DNA from: Ktedonobacteraceae bacterium | GTDB lineage: Bacteria > Chloroflexota > Ktedonobacteria > Ktedonobacterales > Ktedonobacteraceae | Direction of reading: 5' to 3' | DNA length: 34,183 nucleotides | Assembly: GCA_035308345.1 (NCBI GenBank) | Contig: DATGGW010000394.1 | Span: forward strand, 1 to 34,183 | Shown here: piece by piece, positions 1-9,185 of the stretch | Numbering within the stretch: position 1 is the stretch's first letter | Layout: every line of letters starts with the position of its first letter | Made by a program: the position numbers and the translations under genes | The notes under the pieces: generated by a model | What the model saw: only the letters and a program-made list of their open reading frames with translations | Told to the model about the DNA's origin: nothing | Database searches by the model: none

Positions 1-314
1 TAGAATGACTTTGGCTTTGGATGCCGCTCCGTATCTACATAAGCAGCCGGGGCAGCGTCTTCATTCGCGTTGATCTCAAACTCTTCCTTTTCGCTCAACA
101 GTTCCTGCAAATCGTTGTACACGTTATAGTTGTCGATCACTTCGGGCATGCGCAGCATGTGGCGCAACACCTGTATCTGGGCGATGTTTGTTTTATCATT
201 CCTGGCAGGTTCCGCCTTGCGCAAAAGCTTCTCTACCAGGTCCATGCTGTCGTCATGCGCGCCGATACCCTCCAGGCGCTCACGCACTACTATCAATTGC
301 TCATATAAGTTCAT
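1..314 (-). CDS. Hypothetical protein, partial (C-terminus runs off the left edge)
   Basis: Not in the ORF track because it has no stop in the window. The ATG is the complement of 312..314, preceded by GGAGGAG (complement of about 321..327). It translates MNLYEQLIVVRERLEGIGAHDDSMDLVEKLLRK...IQVLRHMLRMPEVIDNYNVYNDLQELL... and stays open to position 1. The opposing + ORFs (21..308, 130..504) look like antisense junk. I recognise no family. Confidence 0.5.
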   Translation of the reverse strand, partial: MNLYEQLIVVRERLEGIGAHDDSMDLVEKLLRKAEPARNDKTNIAQIQVLRHMLRMPEVIDNYNVYNDLQELLSEKEEFEINANEDAAPAAYVDTERHPKPKSF

Positions 315-386
315 ACTGCTCTCCTCCTGGTCTGGGCAACTCAGTCCCAGAGGCTATGGTAACATAGAGCAGCAACCCCGTCAAAT

Positions 387-1835
387 TCAGGAAGACTCAT
401 GCAGGGGGAGCGCAACGAAGAAAGTGCTGCCTTCGCCTGGTATGCCATCACTTTCCAACCAGATATATCCTCCCATTGCTTCGGTGAGCTGGCGACAGAG
501 ATAGAGTCCCAATCCTGCGCCTCGCTGTGTGCTATTGATGGCTTCGGTTAGTCGCATAAACCTGCTGAACAAGCGGGGTTGGTCCGCGTGAGCGATACCT
601 GCCCCCCAGTCACGTATGCCGAGTACCATAAAGCAGCCGGATGCCGATACAAGCAATTGCCGGGGAAGCGAGGGAAGGCGTTGATCAAGCTCACCCCATG
701 CTACGCTTTCAGCGCGAATCTCGATAGCTGTACCTGCTGGCGTATACTTCAAAGCGTTGCTAACGAGGTTCAGGAGAATCTGGTGCAGGCGCAGTTCATC
801 TACCCAGACAACGAATTTGTCTGGAACGTCGACCGACACACTGCGTTGTTCTTTCGAGAGGATTGGCTCTAAGATTTCCAGGATAAGCTCGACTGATTGG
901 GCCACTTGCACCGGCGCAAAATTCAATAACATCCGGTCCTGATCAACGCGGCTGGCATCCATAACGTTGCCCAACAGCAGCGCCAGTTCATCACATGCTC
1001 GCCGCGCATTTTGCAGGAAGCGCGTTCTTGTCGCGTTATCCAGGGCATCCCCATAGGTGCCAAGCAGTTCTATATAGCCTTGAATGGCCGTTATGGGCGT
1101 GCGCAGTTCGTGTGAAGCAATCATCATGAAATGATCTTTCATACGCTCGGATTCCTGAGCTTTTTTGAGCGCATTACGCAAGTCGGCATAGAGACGCGCC
1201 CCTTCAATAGCTACTGCCGCCTGGTTCGCAAATAACTCAAACAGCATCATGATCTCAACAGTGGGACGTAGGCCGTTGAGCGGTGCATCCGGGGTTAAAA
1301 AGCCCAGCAGTTCGTTATCTCCACTCACGAGGGGGACAATCAGCAAATCCTCGTCGCGCCACACACCTGGCGACGCCGGAGACGAGGCAACTGAAGCAGG
1401 CGCATCTTCGTTCACAATGACGAAATAACTCGCTAACTCGCTATTAAGCCAGATTGGAGCCTCAGCGGGAATGAAATACGAATCGCTTATGCGATAGTCT
1501 TCATTGATGAGCAGCGCAGCGATTGAGCCTGGAAGCGTATGTTCCTGGAGATAGCTTTCATCCTCCACACTTATGCCGACCGTTGCGCGCACACGGAAAC
1601 TCCCCCTGTCGTCAACGAGATACAGCACGGAATATCGAAAACGCAAAGCTTTGCAGGCCGCTACGGCGACCATTTTGAGCAAGGTATCGACGTCCATCTG
1701 TAAGCGTAAAGAAGAGCCAATTGCGATTATGTATTGAAGCACATCGCGAAGTTGCTCAGGGTTCGTCTCGAGCTGTTTTGTCAAACCCAGCATGATATGC
1801 TGGTAGTCCTCCAGAGGAATATCGAAACGATCCAA
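387..1835 (-). CDS. GAF-domain sensor histidine kinase (HisKA + HATPase_c)
   Basis: 482-aa ORF. H-box SHELRTPITAIQGY, N-box LVSNALKYTP, G-boxes IRDWGAGI and GAGLGLYLC. The N-terminal ~200 aa look GAF-like. The start is a TTG at 1835, with GAGG about 9 nt upstream. Confidence 0.9.
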   Translation of the reverse strand: MDRFDIPLEDYQHIMLGLTKQLETNPEQLRDVLQYIIAIGSSLRLQMDVDTLLKMVAVAACKALRFRYSVLYLVDDRGSFRVRATVGISVEDESYLQEHTLPGSIAALLINEDYRISDSYFIPAEAPIWLNSELASYFVIVNEDAPASVASSPASPGVWRDEDLLIVPLVSGDNELLGFLTPDAPLNGLRPTVEIMMLFELFANQAAVAIEGARLYADLRNALKKAQESERMKDHFMMIASHELRTPITAIQGYIELLGTYGDALDNATRTRFLQNARRACDELALLLGNVMDASRVDQDRMLLNFAPVQVAQSVELILEILEPILSKEQRSVSVDVPDKFVVWVDELRLHQILLNLVSNALKYTPAGTAIEIRAESVAWGELDQRLPSLPRQLLVSASGCFMVLGIRDWGAGIAHADQPRLFSRFMRLTEAINSTQRGAGLGLYLCRQLTEAMGGYIWLESDGIPGEGSTFFVALPLHESS

Positions 1836-1879
1836 GTCTCTTAACCTCGCTTCTGTTTATCTGCAATACTCATCGGAAG

Positions 1880-4800
1880 TTATTCCCAGGAACCTGTAGC
1901 GGTCAACCAGTCAAGCACCAGTTCAGGCATGTGAGACAATGCACCCTGCCGTTGAGAGCAGCGCGGGAGTGTGTGCAACACGGTAGCGCCATATTCCTTT
2001 GAAATGACGCGGCGATCAAAAAGCACAACGACGTTGCGCCTGGCATTGCTCCATGCCAGGCGATTAAGGGCGCGCCGCACGCGCAGCGAAGCCATTGGCA
2101 CCGTAACCTGGTGCAGTTGATCGGCATAGTGTTCAGCGCGGGCCGCAATGGGTGGATCATTGAGGACCGGCATGGGGAGACGCGCCACCAGCACACAGGC
2201 GGGAACGCGGCTGACTTCATCTGTGCCATTCCAGAAGCTGCCAGTGCCAAGCAGGACGATACGCTCCTGGTTGTGGAACATCTGCCAGAGCTGGCGCGGC
2301 GAGCCATCGATACCATGCCCCAGCGCCAGTATACCACGCGCTTCCAGCAACGGCTTGACCGCCGCGTAGGAACTACGCAGTGCGGCATAGGAAGTAAAAA
2401 GTACCACCAGTTGGCCATCCAGGGAGGTAGCTAGCTGTACGATAGCCTCATCCAGGTGACGCTGGTACTGCGGCGCGTTCGGTTCCGGCACATCGCTAGG
2501 CATATACAGCATGGTTTGTTCATGATGCTCGGTAACGACGGAAAGCGCCGGGCACCCGTCGGATTCAAGCCCAAAACGTCCGCGATAGAACGAGAAACTA
2601 TGGTCGACCGAGAGCGCGACGCCCGCGAAGATCGAACTGACTCCAGGTGTGAGAAAATATTGCTTAATGAAAGCTGCCGTCTGAGCATCCTGCGCATACA
2701 GCACTGGCAAAATCATAGCAACCGGCGCGTGCTGCGCGGAATGTGTTGAGGTGGACTCTGCCTGCCGTTGTTGCGTAGTAGAAGAGGGAGGCGCAGGAGG
2801 CACGCGCAGCCAGTATACCATTGTGCCTTTTTCGCCGGTGTCGGCGATTAATGCTCGCTGGCCCAATTGTTTTTGCTCATGCAGGCGGCGAGCCAGCTCA
2901 GAAAGCTCCCAGGCAAGCGATTCATCTTCACCACTACCGGCATCCAGGCGGTGATGACTGCGTTGAGTGGTAAGCATGATTTTTTGCGCTTCATGCACAA
3001 AATTGATAACCGTCTGGAAACGCTGGGCTGTCTGCTGCCAGGCACGCTCTACTTCCATCCAGCTCGACAAATTGCGCATCTGCGGAGACAGGCGCAGCGG
3101 TTGGTCGATGCGCTCATTATTTCGCCCCGCGTAAGCATTGCGACCCGCATTTTCCTGCTTATTCTTATCGCGCGTGCCTGCGCCATTGGCGCCTTCCTGT
3201 AAAAGGTGCCCCAACGCGCTAAAAAGACCATCCACTGCTGACCGCGCCTGGCGCAACGCTTGAAACCATGACAACAAACGCGCATCCAGAGCCGATTTTT
3301 CAATAGTGGGCGTTGTAGAAAGTCCGCCAGGACCATCTTCACGCAGTGCAGGAGCAGCCAGGGCCAGCAAGCCCTGATATCGTCCACCTGGCAAATCAGT
3401 GCCGATGGTATTGAGCAATTCGAGCAGGCGCGTATGATCGAGGTCAGCGCTGCTCCAGCGCGCTAACTCATCCTCTAATAGGTCGGCGTCAAGTATGAGA
3501 CGCCGCGTAATGCTGCTCAGCAGCGAACGCTGCGAGGAGAGATCATCGAGCAGCCCGGCATGGGTGGTCACGACAATGCGCGCTTCTTTGACACGCTCCT
3601 CAGCCCGGTCTACAAAGCAGTAGCCTTTTTTACGATAGAGGCAACGCTGATATGGAGTTTCCGGGCGTCCTTCGACCAGCGCAACACGCTCTACGCCGGA
3701 TGAGATGCGCTCCCACGCGGTAATCTCCTGGGGCAGTAAGGTCAATTCACTGCGTTCGCCGGTCAGGGTTTGCTGCGCCCATAACCCCAGTTTCGCCAGG
3801 CCGCGCGCCTGTTCAGCCGTAAGTTCCCCACTGGTGCGCCGCAAAGCCGAACCAAACCAACGATGCACACACAAATACCCACCACGCTCGGCTAGATAAG
3901 ACACCGGCAGCGAGATTTTGAGCAACGCCTGCAATCGCGGCAGCGCGTGCTCAAGCAGGCGGCGCGCTCCCTGCTGGTTCGCACAGGCAATCACCAGGCG
4001 ACGGGGAACATCCTCCCCCTCTTCCGACTCACCCGCCCATTCAAGCACGGGCAGCAGGGCAGGAGTATAATCATTTGCGCCCACAGTCACTTCTAAGAGC
4101 AGTGGCGTCTGCTCATCAAGCGCCTGGCGAATGGCGTTGTATGCCGTCTGATACCCGGCATGCGTAGCTGTTTGTTGTTCCTGCGTATCAACCTGTTGCT
4201 GGTCGGCAGGTGCAGAGGTATCGGCCTGAGGCTCATTTTCAGGAATGACCTCAACCAGAGCTTTCAGCGCATCAGCTATAGGCGCAGCGCTCAATTCTGC
4301 CAGCGAGGACAGCGATTCACGCGCCGCGTAGTCGCCCTTCAGGGCCGGAAGCGGCTCAGACTTTTGCTCATGTACTATGGCTGAGCGCGTCAGGGCAATA
4401 TCGCCAGCCTGGCGTGAGATCGCAAAAGAGAGGATGCGCGGATCCATACCCAACTGGGCTGCGAAGCGATCGCCGAGGCTGCCGCGCAACGAGCCTGGTC
4501 GCAAGCCGTCCTGCTCCATACGCTCGCGCCATTCCTGGCGAAAGAAACCTAACAGAGGCCAGCTGCGAGGCGCGTCCAGGTTCGCCAGATCTTTAAGAAT
4601 AGGTGTATCCACCGCCTCGAGCATATGATGCAAGGCTAAGAAGACATCCATCGCTAACACGGTATCAACCATGGCCCGGTGTCTCCCCGGCGCGACAGGC
4701 ACACCCAGCGCGAGAGCCACCTGCCCCAGACCATAATTGGGCAAGGAGGGTAATAAGACAGTCGCCAGTTCAAAGGTGTCAATGAGCGGGTTGTTACGAG

Positions 4801-5119
4801 CCAGGCCGCGCCGCCGCAGAAAACCAACATCGAAAGGGATACTATGACCAACAATGGGGTACTCGCCCAAAAACTGCTGCAAACGCGACGAGATTGACTC
4901 AAAGACAGGAGCATCTGCGACTTTTTGCGGAGTGATACCCGTGAGTCGCTGCACGCGAAAAGGAATCGAACGTCCAGGAGCAACAAGTGTCTCCATCTCG
5001 TCCAGGATCGTCTCGCCCTGAAACTTGACTGCTGCGACTTCCAGAATGGCATCCTGTTCCGCATGCAACCCCGTTGTTTCCAGGTCAAGCGCTACACGAA
5101 TGGGAGGCTGTTTAGCCAT
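1880..5119 (-). CDS. DnaQ-like DEDDh 3'-5' exonuclease fused to a DinG-family helicase-like domain with degenerate ATPase motifs
   Basis: 1079-aa ORF. Exo I is DLETTGL, Exo II is GHSIPFDVGFL, Exo III is HRAMVDTVLAMD. The DinG-like part has IVVTTHAGLLDDL, LVVLFTSYAAL, LGTGSFWNGTDE and LVARLPMPVLNDP. However, Walker A reads EVTVGANDYTPALLP and the DEAH box reads LDADLL. Confidence 0.85.
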   Translation of the reverse strand: MAKQPPIRVALDLETTGLHAEQDAILEVAAVKFQGETILDEMETLVAPGRSIPFRVQRLTGITPQKVADAPVFESISSRLQQFLGEYPIVGHSIPFDVGFLRRRGLARNNPLIDTFELATVLLPSLPNYGLGQVALALGVPVAPGRHRAMVDTVLAMDVFLALHHMLEAVDTPILKDLANLDAPRSWPLLGFFRQEWRERMEQDGLRPGSLRGSLGDRFAAQLGMDPRILSFAISRQAGDIALTRSAIVHEQKSEPLPALKGDYAARESLSSLAELSAAPIADALKALVEVIPENEPQADTSAPADQQQVDTQEQQTATHAGYQTAYNAIRQALDEQTPLLLEVTVGANDYTPALLPVLEWAGESEEGEDVPRRLVIACANQQGARRLLEHALPRLQALLKISLPVSYLAERGGYLCVHRWFGSALRRTSGELTAEQARGLAKLGLWAQQTLTGERSELTLLPQEITAWERISSGVERVALVEGRPETPYQRCLYRKKGYCFVDRAEERVKEARIVVTTHAGLLDDLSSQRSLLSSITRRLILDADLLEDELARWSSADLDHTRLLELLNTIGTDLPGGRYQGLLALAAPALREDGPGGLSTTPTIEKSALDARLLSWFQALRQARSAVDGLFSALGHLLQEGANGAGTRDKNKQENAGRNAYAGRNNERIDQPLRLSPQMRNLSSWMEVERAWQQTAQRFQTVINFVHEAQKIMLTTQRSHHRLDAGSGEDESLAWELSELARRLHEQKQLGQRALIADTGEKGTMVYWLRVPPAPPSSTTQQRQAESTSTHSAQHAPVAMILPVLYAQDAQTAAFIKQYFLTPGVSSIFAGVALSVDHSFSFYRGRFGLESDGCPALSVVTEHHEQTMLYMPSDVPEPNAPQYQRHLDEAIVQLATSLDGQLVVLFTSYAALRSSYAAVKPLLEARGILALGHGIDGSPRQLWQMFHNQERIVLLGTGSFWNGTDEVSRVPACVLVARLPMPVLNDPPIAARAEHYADQLHQVTVPMASLRVRRALNRLAWSNARRNVVVLFDRRVISKEYGATVLHTLPRCSQRQGALSHMPELVLDWLTATGSWE

Positions 5120-5175
5120 AAACGTCTTCGTTCCTTGCGTTACTCATCTCAATAAACAAACCAGTAGTGACGCCC

Positions 5176-5784
5176 CTACTGGTCTCCGAGGGAGGGCCAA
5201 TATTCAAGCAGCACACGAGCGATCTGCGCAGCGCGTCCACGATGGCTAATGGGGTTTTTCTGTTCAGGTGTCAGTTCGGCGAATGTTTTTCCAAGCTCAG
5301 GCAGCAGAAAAATGGGATCATATCCAAAGCCCTGCGTGCCGCGCGGACTGTCGGCTATAATACCCTCAATCATACCCTCTACTACCCGGCAATAGCCAGA
5401 TGGTTCCGCGAGCGCGATGGCGCAGCGGAAACGCGCTCTGCGCTGCTCACCTGTCAGCCCCTGTAGCTGCTCAAGAATCAGGCGGAAACGCTCTTCATAG
5501 GGCGTATCCCTGCCCGCGAATCTGGCGGAGAACACACCGGGCGCGCCGTTAAGCGCAGCGATTTCCAGGCCAGAATCGTCCGACAGACTTAACATTCCGC
5601 TGGCCTGAGCATAAGCCAGCGCCTTTAATTGCGCGTTCTCTGCAAAGGTCCGACCTGTCTCCTCTACGTCGCCATCGATATGAACCTCGCGCAGAGATCG
5701 TAAAGTTAACGGAAGATCGGAGAAAATGGCATAAAACTCATCCAACTTATGGCGATTCGTGGTCGCCAATAACAAGGCGCGCAT
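5176..5784 (-). CDS. rdgB: Non-canonical purine NTP pyrophosphatase (dITP/XTP; RdgB/HAM1 family)
   Basis: 202 aa. Family motifs ATTNRHKLDEF, SDDSGLEI..LNGAPGVFSAR, GFGYDPIF and HRGRA. Confidence 0.9.
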   Translation of the reverse strand: MRALLLATTNRHKLDEFYAIFSDLPLTLRSLREVHIDGDVEETGRTFAENAQLKALAYAQASGMLSLSDDSGLEIAALNGAPGVFSARFAGRDTPYEERFRLILEQLQGLTGEQRRARFRCAIALAEPSGYCRVVEGMIEGIIADSPRGTQGFGYDPIFLLPELGKTFAELTPEQKNPISHRGRAAQIARVLLEYWPSLGDQ

Positions 5785-6028
5785 AGATTCTCTCTAGGAG
5801 GGGAAATATCCCTACGATACGGGTGACATCTTACCATATCCTGTTTACCTTGTCGAGTTCTTTTGGATCGAGGTATCGAGTCATTTTATCACACTGCAAC
5901 GTATATGTTATTATAGTGGCATATATTGCTATAACATAAAGCGCCGTATTATAAAATGCCACCTGCAGCGTCTAATATAGTGAGGGCGCGTTATCTCCTG
6001 TTATGCGCTCAAACACAAGAGGATAACA

Positions 6029-6826
6029 ATGTATAGGCGAGACACTATCAATGGCGATAGGGGTCTTATAGCGTTTTTGGAGAACGCTGCATATCTCTCT
6101 CCGTCTATCTTAATACCTGAATCTCCTGGCAATTTATCTCTTAGATCATACAGGTCAGCATTACCAGACCTGCCAGGCATCCAGTTTCAATGCAAGTTGC
6201 GCAACGCGCTCTATGAGCGATTTCATGACCCGCTAATACAACTTGCACTACAAATGCAGGCGAGACTCCCTGAGTTATTTCTGCATGGACAGAAAACACT
6301 TTCTCTCACCCTGCTTTTGCTGCGTATGCTCGACCTTTCAGAAGATGAACAAACCACTATCGCAATGGCAGCACTTTTTCACGATATTGGGAAACTTAAA
6401 ATCGACGAGGCTCTCCTGCATAAGGCCACGAAGCTGACGCCTGAGGAGTTTGCGATTATCAAACGCCATGCAGCATATGGCGCAAGGATACTTAAGCGGT
6501 TCAGGTCGCTAGCCGATGTGGCCTTACTGGTCCATCACCATCATGAACGCTGGGATGGAGACGGCTACCCCGACGGATTATCAGGAGAAGCGATACCTCT
6601 GGGAGCGCGCATTATCACTATTGCCGATGCATTCGATGCGATGACCTCTAATCGCAGTTACCAGGTAAGGCGCACCTCAATGGAAGCATTCGATGAGCTG
6701 CAACGATGCGCAGGCACGCAATTTGATTCGCTGTTGGTGCAACTCTTCCGGGCAAGCGACGGGCACAGGCGCTATACCATCTCCAGTACCAGGTCACTTT
6801 CGGCAATCCACGCAGCGCGTGAATAG
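6029..6826 (+). CDS. HD-GYP domain protein (probable c-di-GMP phosphodiesterase)
   Basis: 265 aa. HD motif LFHDIGK. HHHHERWDGDGYPDGL contains GYP. RBS AAGAGGA lies 5 nt upstream of the ATG. Confidence 0.88.
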   Translation: MYRRDTINGDRGLIAFLENAAYLSPSILIPESPGNLSLRSYRSALPDLPGIQFQCKLRNALYERFHDPLIQLALQMQARLPELFLHGQKTLSLTLLLLRMLDLSEDEQTTIAMAALFHDIGKLKIDEALLHKATKLTPEEFAIIKRHAAYGARILKRFRSLADVALLVHHHHERWDGDGYPDGLSGEAIPLGARIITIADAFDAMTSNRSYQVRRTSMEAFDELQRCAGTQFDSLLVQLFRASDGHRRYTISSTRSLSAIHAARE

Positions 6827-6971
6827 TGTGCTGCGCATGGCTTGTTTGGGCATCTCTCCATAACCCGGTCATTACCCACGATCAAATGGTTTTTCCCTGC
6901 GCTTCCTGAGCAGGCGAATGCACACCAGTACTTGCGTTCATCACGCTTCATGAACAATCATATGTGATACG

Positions 6972-8696
6972 ATGGTGGTAAAAAGGAAGAGGGATATGGC
7001 AATATTCCAGGTATCATCGAGAACTGAGTCATCTGGCACATCGAAGAGGCGTCCATCGCGTGTGCGCCTGCTGTGGTATAACGTCCTGCTGCGAGTCATT
7101 ACAGCGCTTATCGTTGCCGCATTCGCAGTCCTGCTTGGTAAGATCGGGCTTTTCTTCTTGTTCTTTCTCCTGCTTCCCGTGGGTATGAGTATCGTCACGA
7201 CGCGTTCCCAACTCTCCAGGCTCCTCCATGGCACACTGCTCTATGACGTGCTCACGATTGGCCTGGCGCTTATCTACTATGGCAGCGTCACCGGCATACA
7301 AATCCTCATTCATACCCCTGGATTTGGATTGCTATACCTCTACCATGGTCCCCCCGTTTCCCTGTTCATTGTTGTCACTACCACCCTGGCCTGGGCGGTC
7401 TTACTTGCGCCTCTGCTTACCTACGGCCAGAGGCTCATCGATCAACGTTTCAACCGCCAGGATTATGAAGCTGCCAGAGCCGTTGAAGCCTTCACCTCGA
7501 CGCTGCGCGAAGAGATTGACCTGGACAAGGTGCGCGACGGATTACTCACCGTTGTCCAGCAAACCATGCAGCCCCAATTCGTCTCCGTCTGGGTGCGCAA
7601 AGCCGTTCAACATGAAATGGGGAGTCTGCCAGAAATCTTCATAGCCGACAATGATCCTCTCATTGGCTACGCTCTGAGCCACTCCGAAGCGATCGAGGTT
7701 GAACGGTTGCAACTGGATTCACCTGTTTTACATACCTTGAAGACAAACGAAGTGGAAATTGTTCTCCCGCTGGTTAACCAGGGAGAACTGATCGGCCTGC
7801 TCGCCCTGGGACCGCGCCTGCATGGCCAGGGGTATGCTCACGAGAACCGCAGCTTGCTCAACTCGCTCGCTGACCAGGTTGCTCCAGCGCTGCGCGTGGG
7901 GCAAATGGTGCAGACCCAACAGGCACAGGTGCGCGAGCATGAACGCATCGAACAGGAATTACAGACCGCTCAGGATATTCAGCACACCTTTCTACCCAAA
8001 GATGTGCCTCCTCTCCCGGGATGGCGGCTCGTACCGTATTACCAACCTGCGCGCGAAGTCGGGGGCGATTTCTACGATTTCCTCCCGTTTGAAGATGGTC
8101 GATTGGGTCCCGTCATCGGTGATGTCACCGATAAAGGCATCCCTGCTGCATTGGTGATGATGGCCACCCGCACCATGCTCCGTACCGCTGCCCAGGAGAA
8201 GGCTTCTCCAGGCGAGGTATTTGCACGAGTCAACGAGCTGCTCTATGCAGACATCCCGTCCAGGATGTTTGTGACCTGCTTTTATGCCATCCTCGATCTG
8301 GGAAGTGGGCAGATGATATACGCAAATGCTGGACATGATCTGCCCTACCGGCGAAATGACGGCGGCGTCTCTGAACTTTGGGCGACAGGGATGCCTCTTG
8401 GAATGATGCCAGGTACGTGCTATGAGGAATATGAAGTCACCTTAGCGCCTGGAGAGAGCCTCCTCTTTTACACTGATGGCCTGGTGGAGGCTCATAATCC
8501 CAGGCGTGAAATGTTCGGCTTGTTTCGTCTCAAAACATTGCTCGCAGAGCATTCTGATGGAACATCGCTTATCGACTTCTTGCTCAGTGAACTCAGTAGC
8601 TTTACCGGCCAAGAATGGGAGCAAGAGGATGATGTAACGATGATGATACTGCAGAGAACGCCTGAGTCTCGCGCAACCGCCTTCTCTTCAGCGTAA
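6972..8696 (+). CDS. Membrane-anchored GAF-domain PP2C/SpoIIE-family Ser/Thr phosphatase (RsbU-like)
   Basis: 574 aa with N-terminal hydrophobic helices and a central GAF-like region. PP2C motifs AQDIQHTFLP, GGDFYDF, GDVTDKGIPAAL, NAGH and YTDGLVEA. The ATG at 6996 (MAIFQV...) has a better RBS (AAGGAAGAGGG) and may be the true start. Confidence 0.9.
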   Translation: MVVKRKRDMAIFQVSSRTESSGTSKRRPSRVRLLWYNVLLRVITALIVAAFAVLLGKIGLFFLFFLLLPVGMSIVTTRSQLSRLLHGTLLYDVLTIGLALIYYGSVTGIQILIHTPGFGLLYLYHGPPVSLFIVVTTTLAWAVLLAPLLTYGQRLIDQRFNRQDYEAARAVEAFTSTLREEIDLDKVRDGLLTVVQQTMQPQFVSVWVRKAVQHEMGSLPEIFIADNDPLIGYALSHSEAIEVERLQLDSPVLHTLKTNEVEIVLPLVNQGELIGLLALGPRLHGQGYAHENRSLLNSLADQVAPALRVGQMVQTQQAQVREHERIEQELQTAQDIQHTFLPKDVPPLPGWRLVPYYQPAREVGGDFYDFLPFEDGRLGPVIGDVTDKGIPAALVMMATRTMLRTAAQEKASPGEVFARVNELLYADIPSRMFVTCFYAILDLGSGQMIYANAGHDLPYRRNDGGVSELWATGMPLGMMPGTCYEEYEVTLAPGESLLFYTDGLVEAHNPRREMFGLFRLKTLLAEHSDGTSLIDFLLSELSSFTGQEWEQEDDVTMMILQRTPESRATAFSSA

Positions 8697-8779
8697 GGAC
8701 TATCCGCTATCCCATTCCAGGTCAGCAACAACGAGGACTGGTCCCTGCCTGAAAACCCCTGGCGGCCCGGCAAAAATGC

Positions 8780-8808
8780 TTGACAGTGGCTGTGGCAAAC
8801 AGTATAAT
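8780..8808 (+). promoter_or_regulatory. Sigma-70-type promoter for tRNA-Thr
   Basis: TTGACA (8780..8785), a 17-nt spacer, then TATAAT (8803..8808). It ends about 22 nt upstream of the tRNA 5' end. Confidence 0.6.
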
Positions 8809-8829
8809 CGGATACGTCAAAGGTGGCAA

Positions 8830-8904
8830 GCCGGTGTAGCTCAGCGGTAGAGCATCGCTTTCGTAAAGCGAGTGTCGTCGGTTCGATTCCGACCTCCGGC
8901 TCCA
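8830..8904 (+). tRNA. tRNA-Thr (anticodon CGU), CCA encoded
   Basis: The cloverleaf was folded by hand: acceptor GCCGGTG/CTCCGGC (with a U6-U67 mismatch), D-arm GCTC-AGCGGTA-GAGC, anticodon arm TCGCT-TTCGTAA-AGCGA, variable loop GTGTC, T-arm GTCGG-TTCGATT-CCGAC, discriminator T, then CCA. Confidence 0.9.
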
Positions 8905-9185
8905 CATTTTATATCTCATAGTCCTTTTTTCCGCCTTGCGCTGATTATTCTTCATCTTATTATGCCTCTCTCAACGCTTCAAGAAAACTCAAATGCTTCC
9001 CCAAATTCGGGGAAATACTACCCAATTTGCCATAAGTTGGAGATAGTGTATAAAAGTGTGAGCCAGTTCACAGCTATTCCTGAGCTTCTATGGTAAGCTC
9101 ACATTGGTTATATACTATTAATAATGATCTGTTTAATATGTCTCTTCTAAAATATATGTCTTGATCAATCAAAGGATATATCACT

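Noticed and set aside
21-504. Two + strand ORFs (21..308 and 130..504) at the left edge
   Set aside because: Their translations are low-complexity and antisense-like. The opposite strand carries an SD-preceded ATG ORF (1..314) and the 3' end of the histidine kinase, which explain the open frames.
8492-8955. Two minus-strand ORFs (8492..8905 and 8722..8955) overlapping the tRNA
   Set aside because: The peptides GIEPTT.../SNRRHSLYESDALPLSYTG are the classic antisense or frame translations of a tRNA gene. The region is explained by tRNA-Thr and the 3' end of the PP2C gene.
8905-9185. Genomic island or prophage integrated at tRNA-Thr
   Set aside because: There is no integrase and no direct repeat of the tRNA 3' end anywhere in the window. 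The next gene is an ordinary lipoprotein, so the AT-rich stretch is just a long intergenic region.
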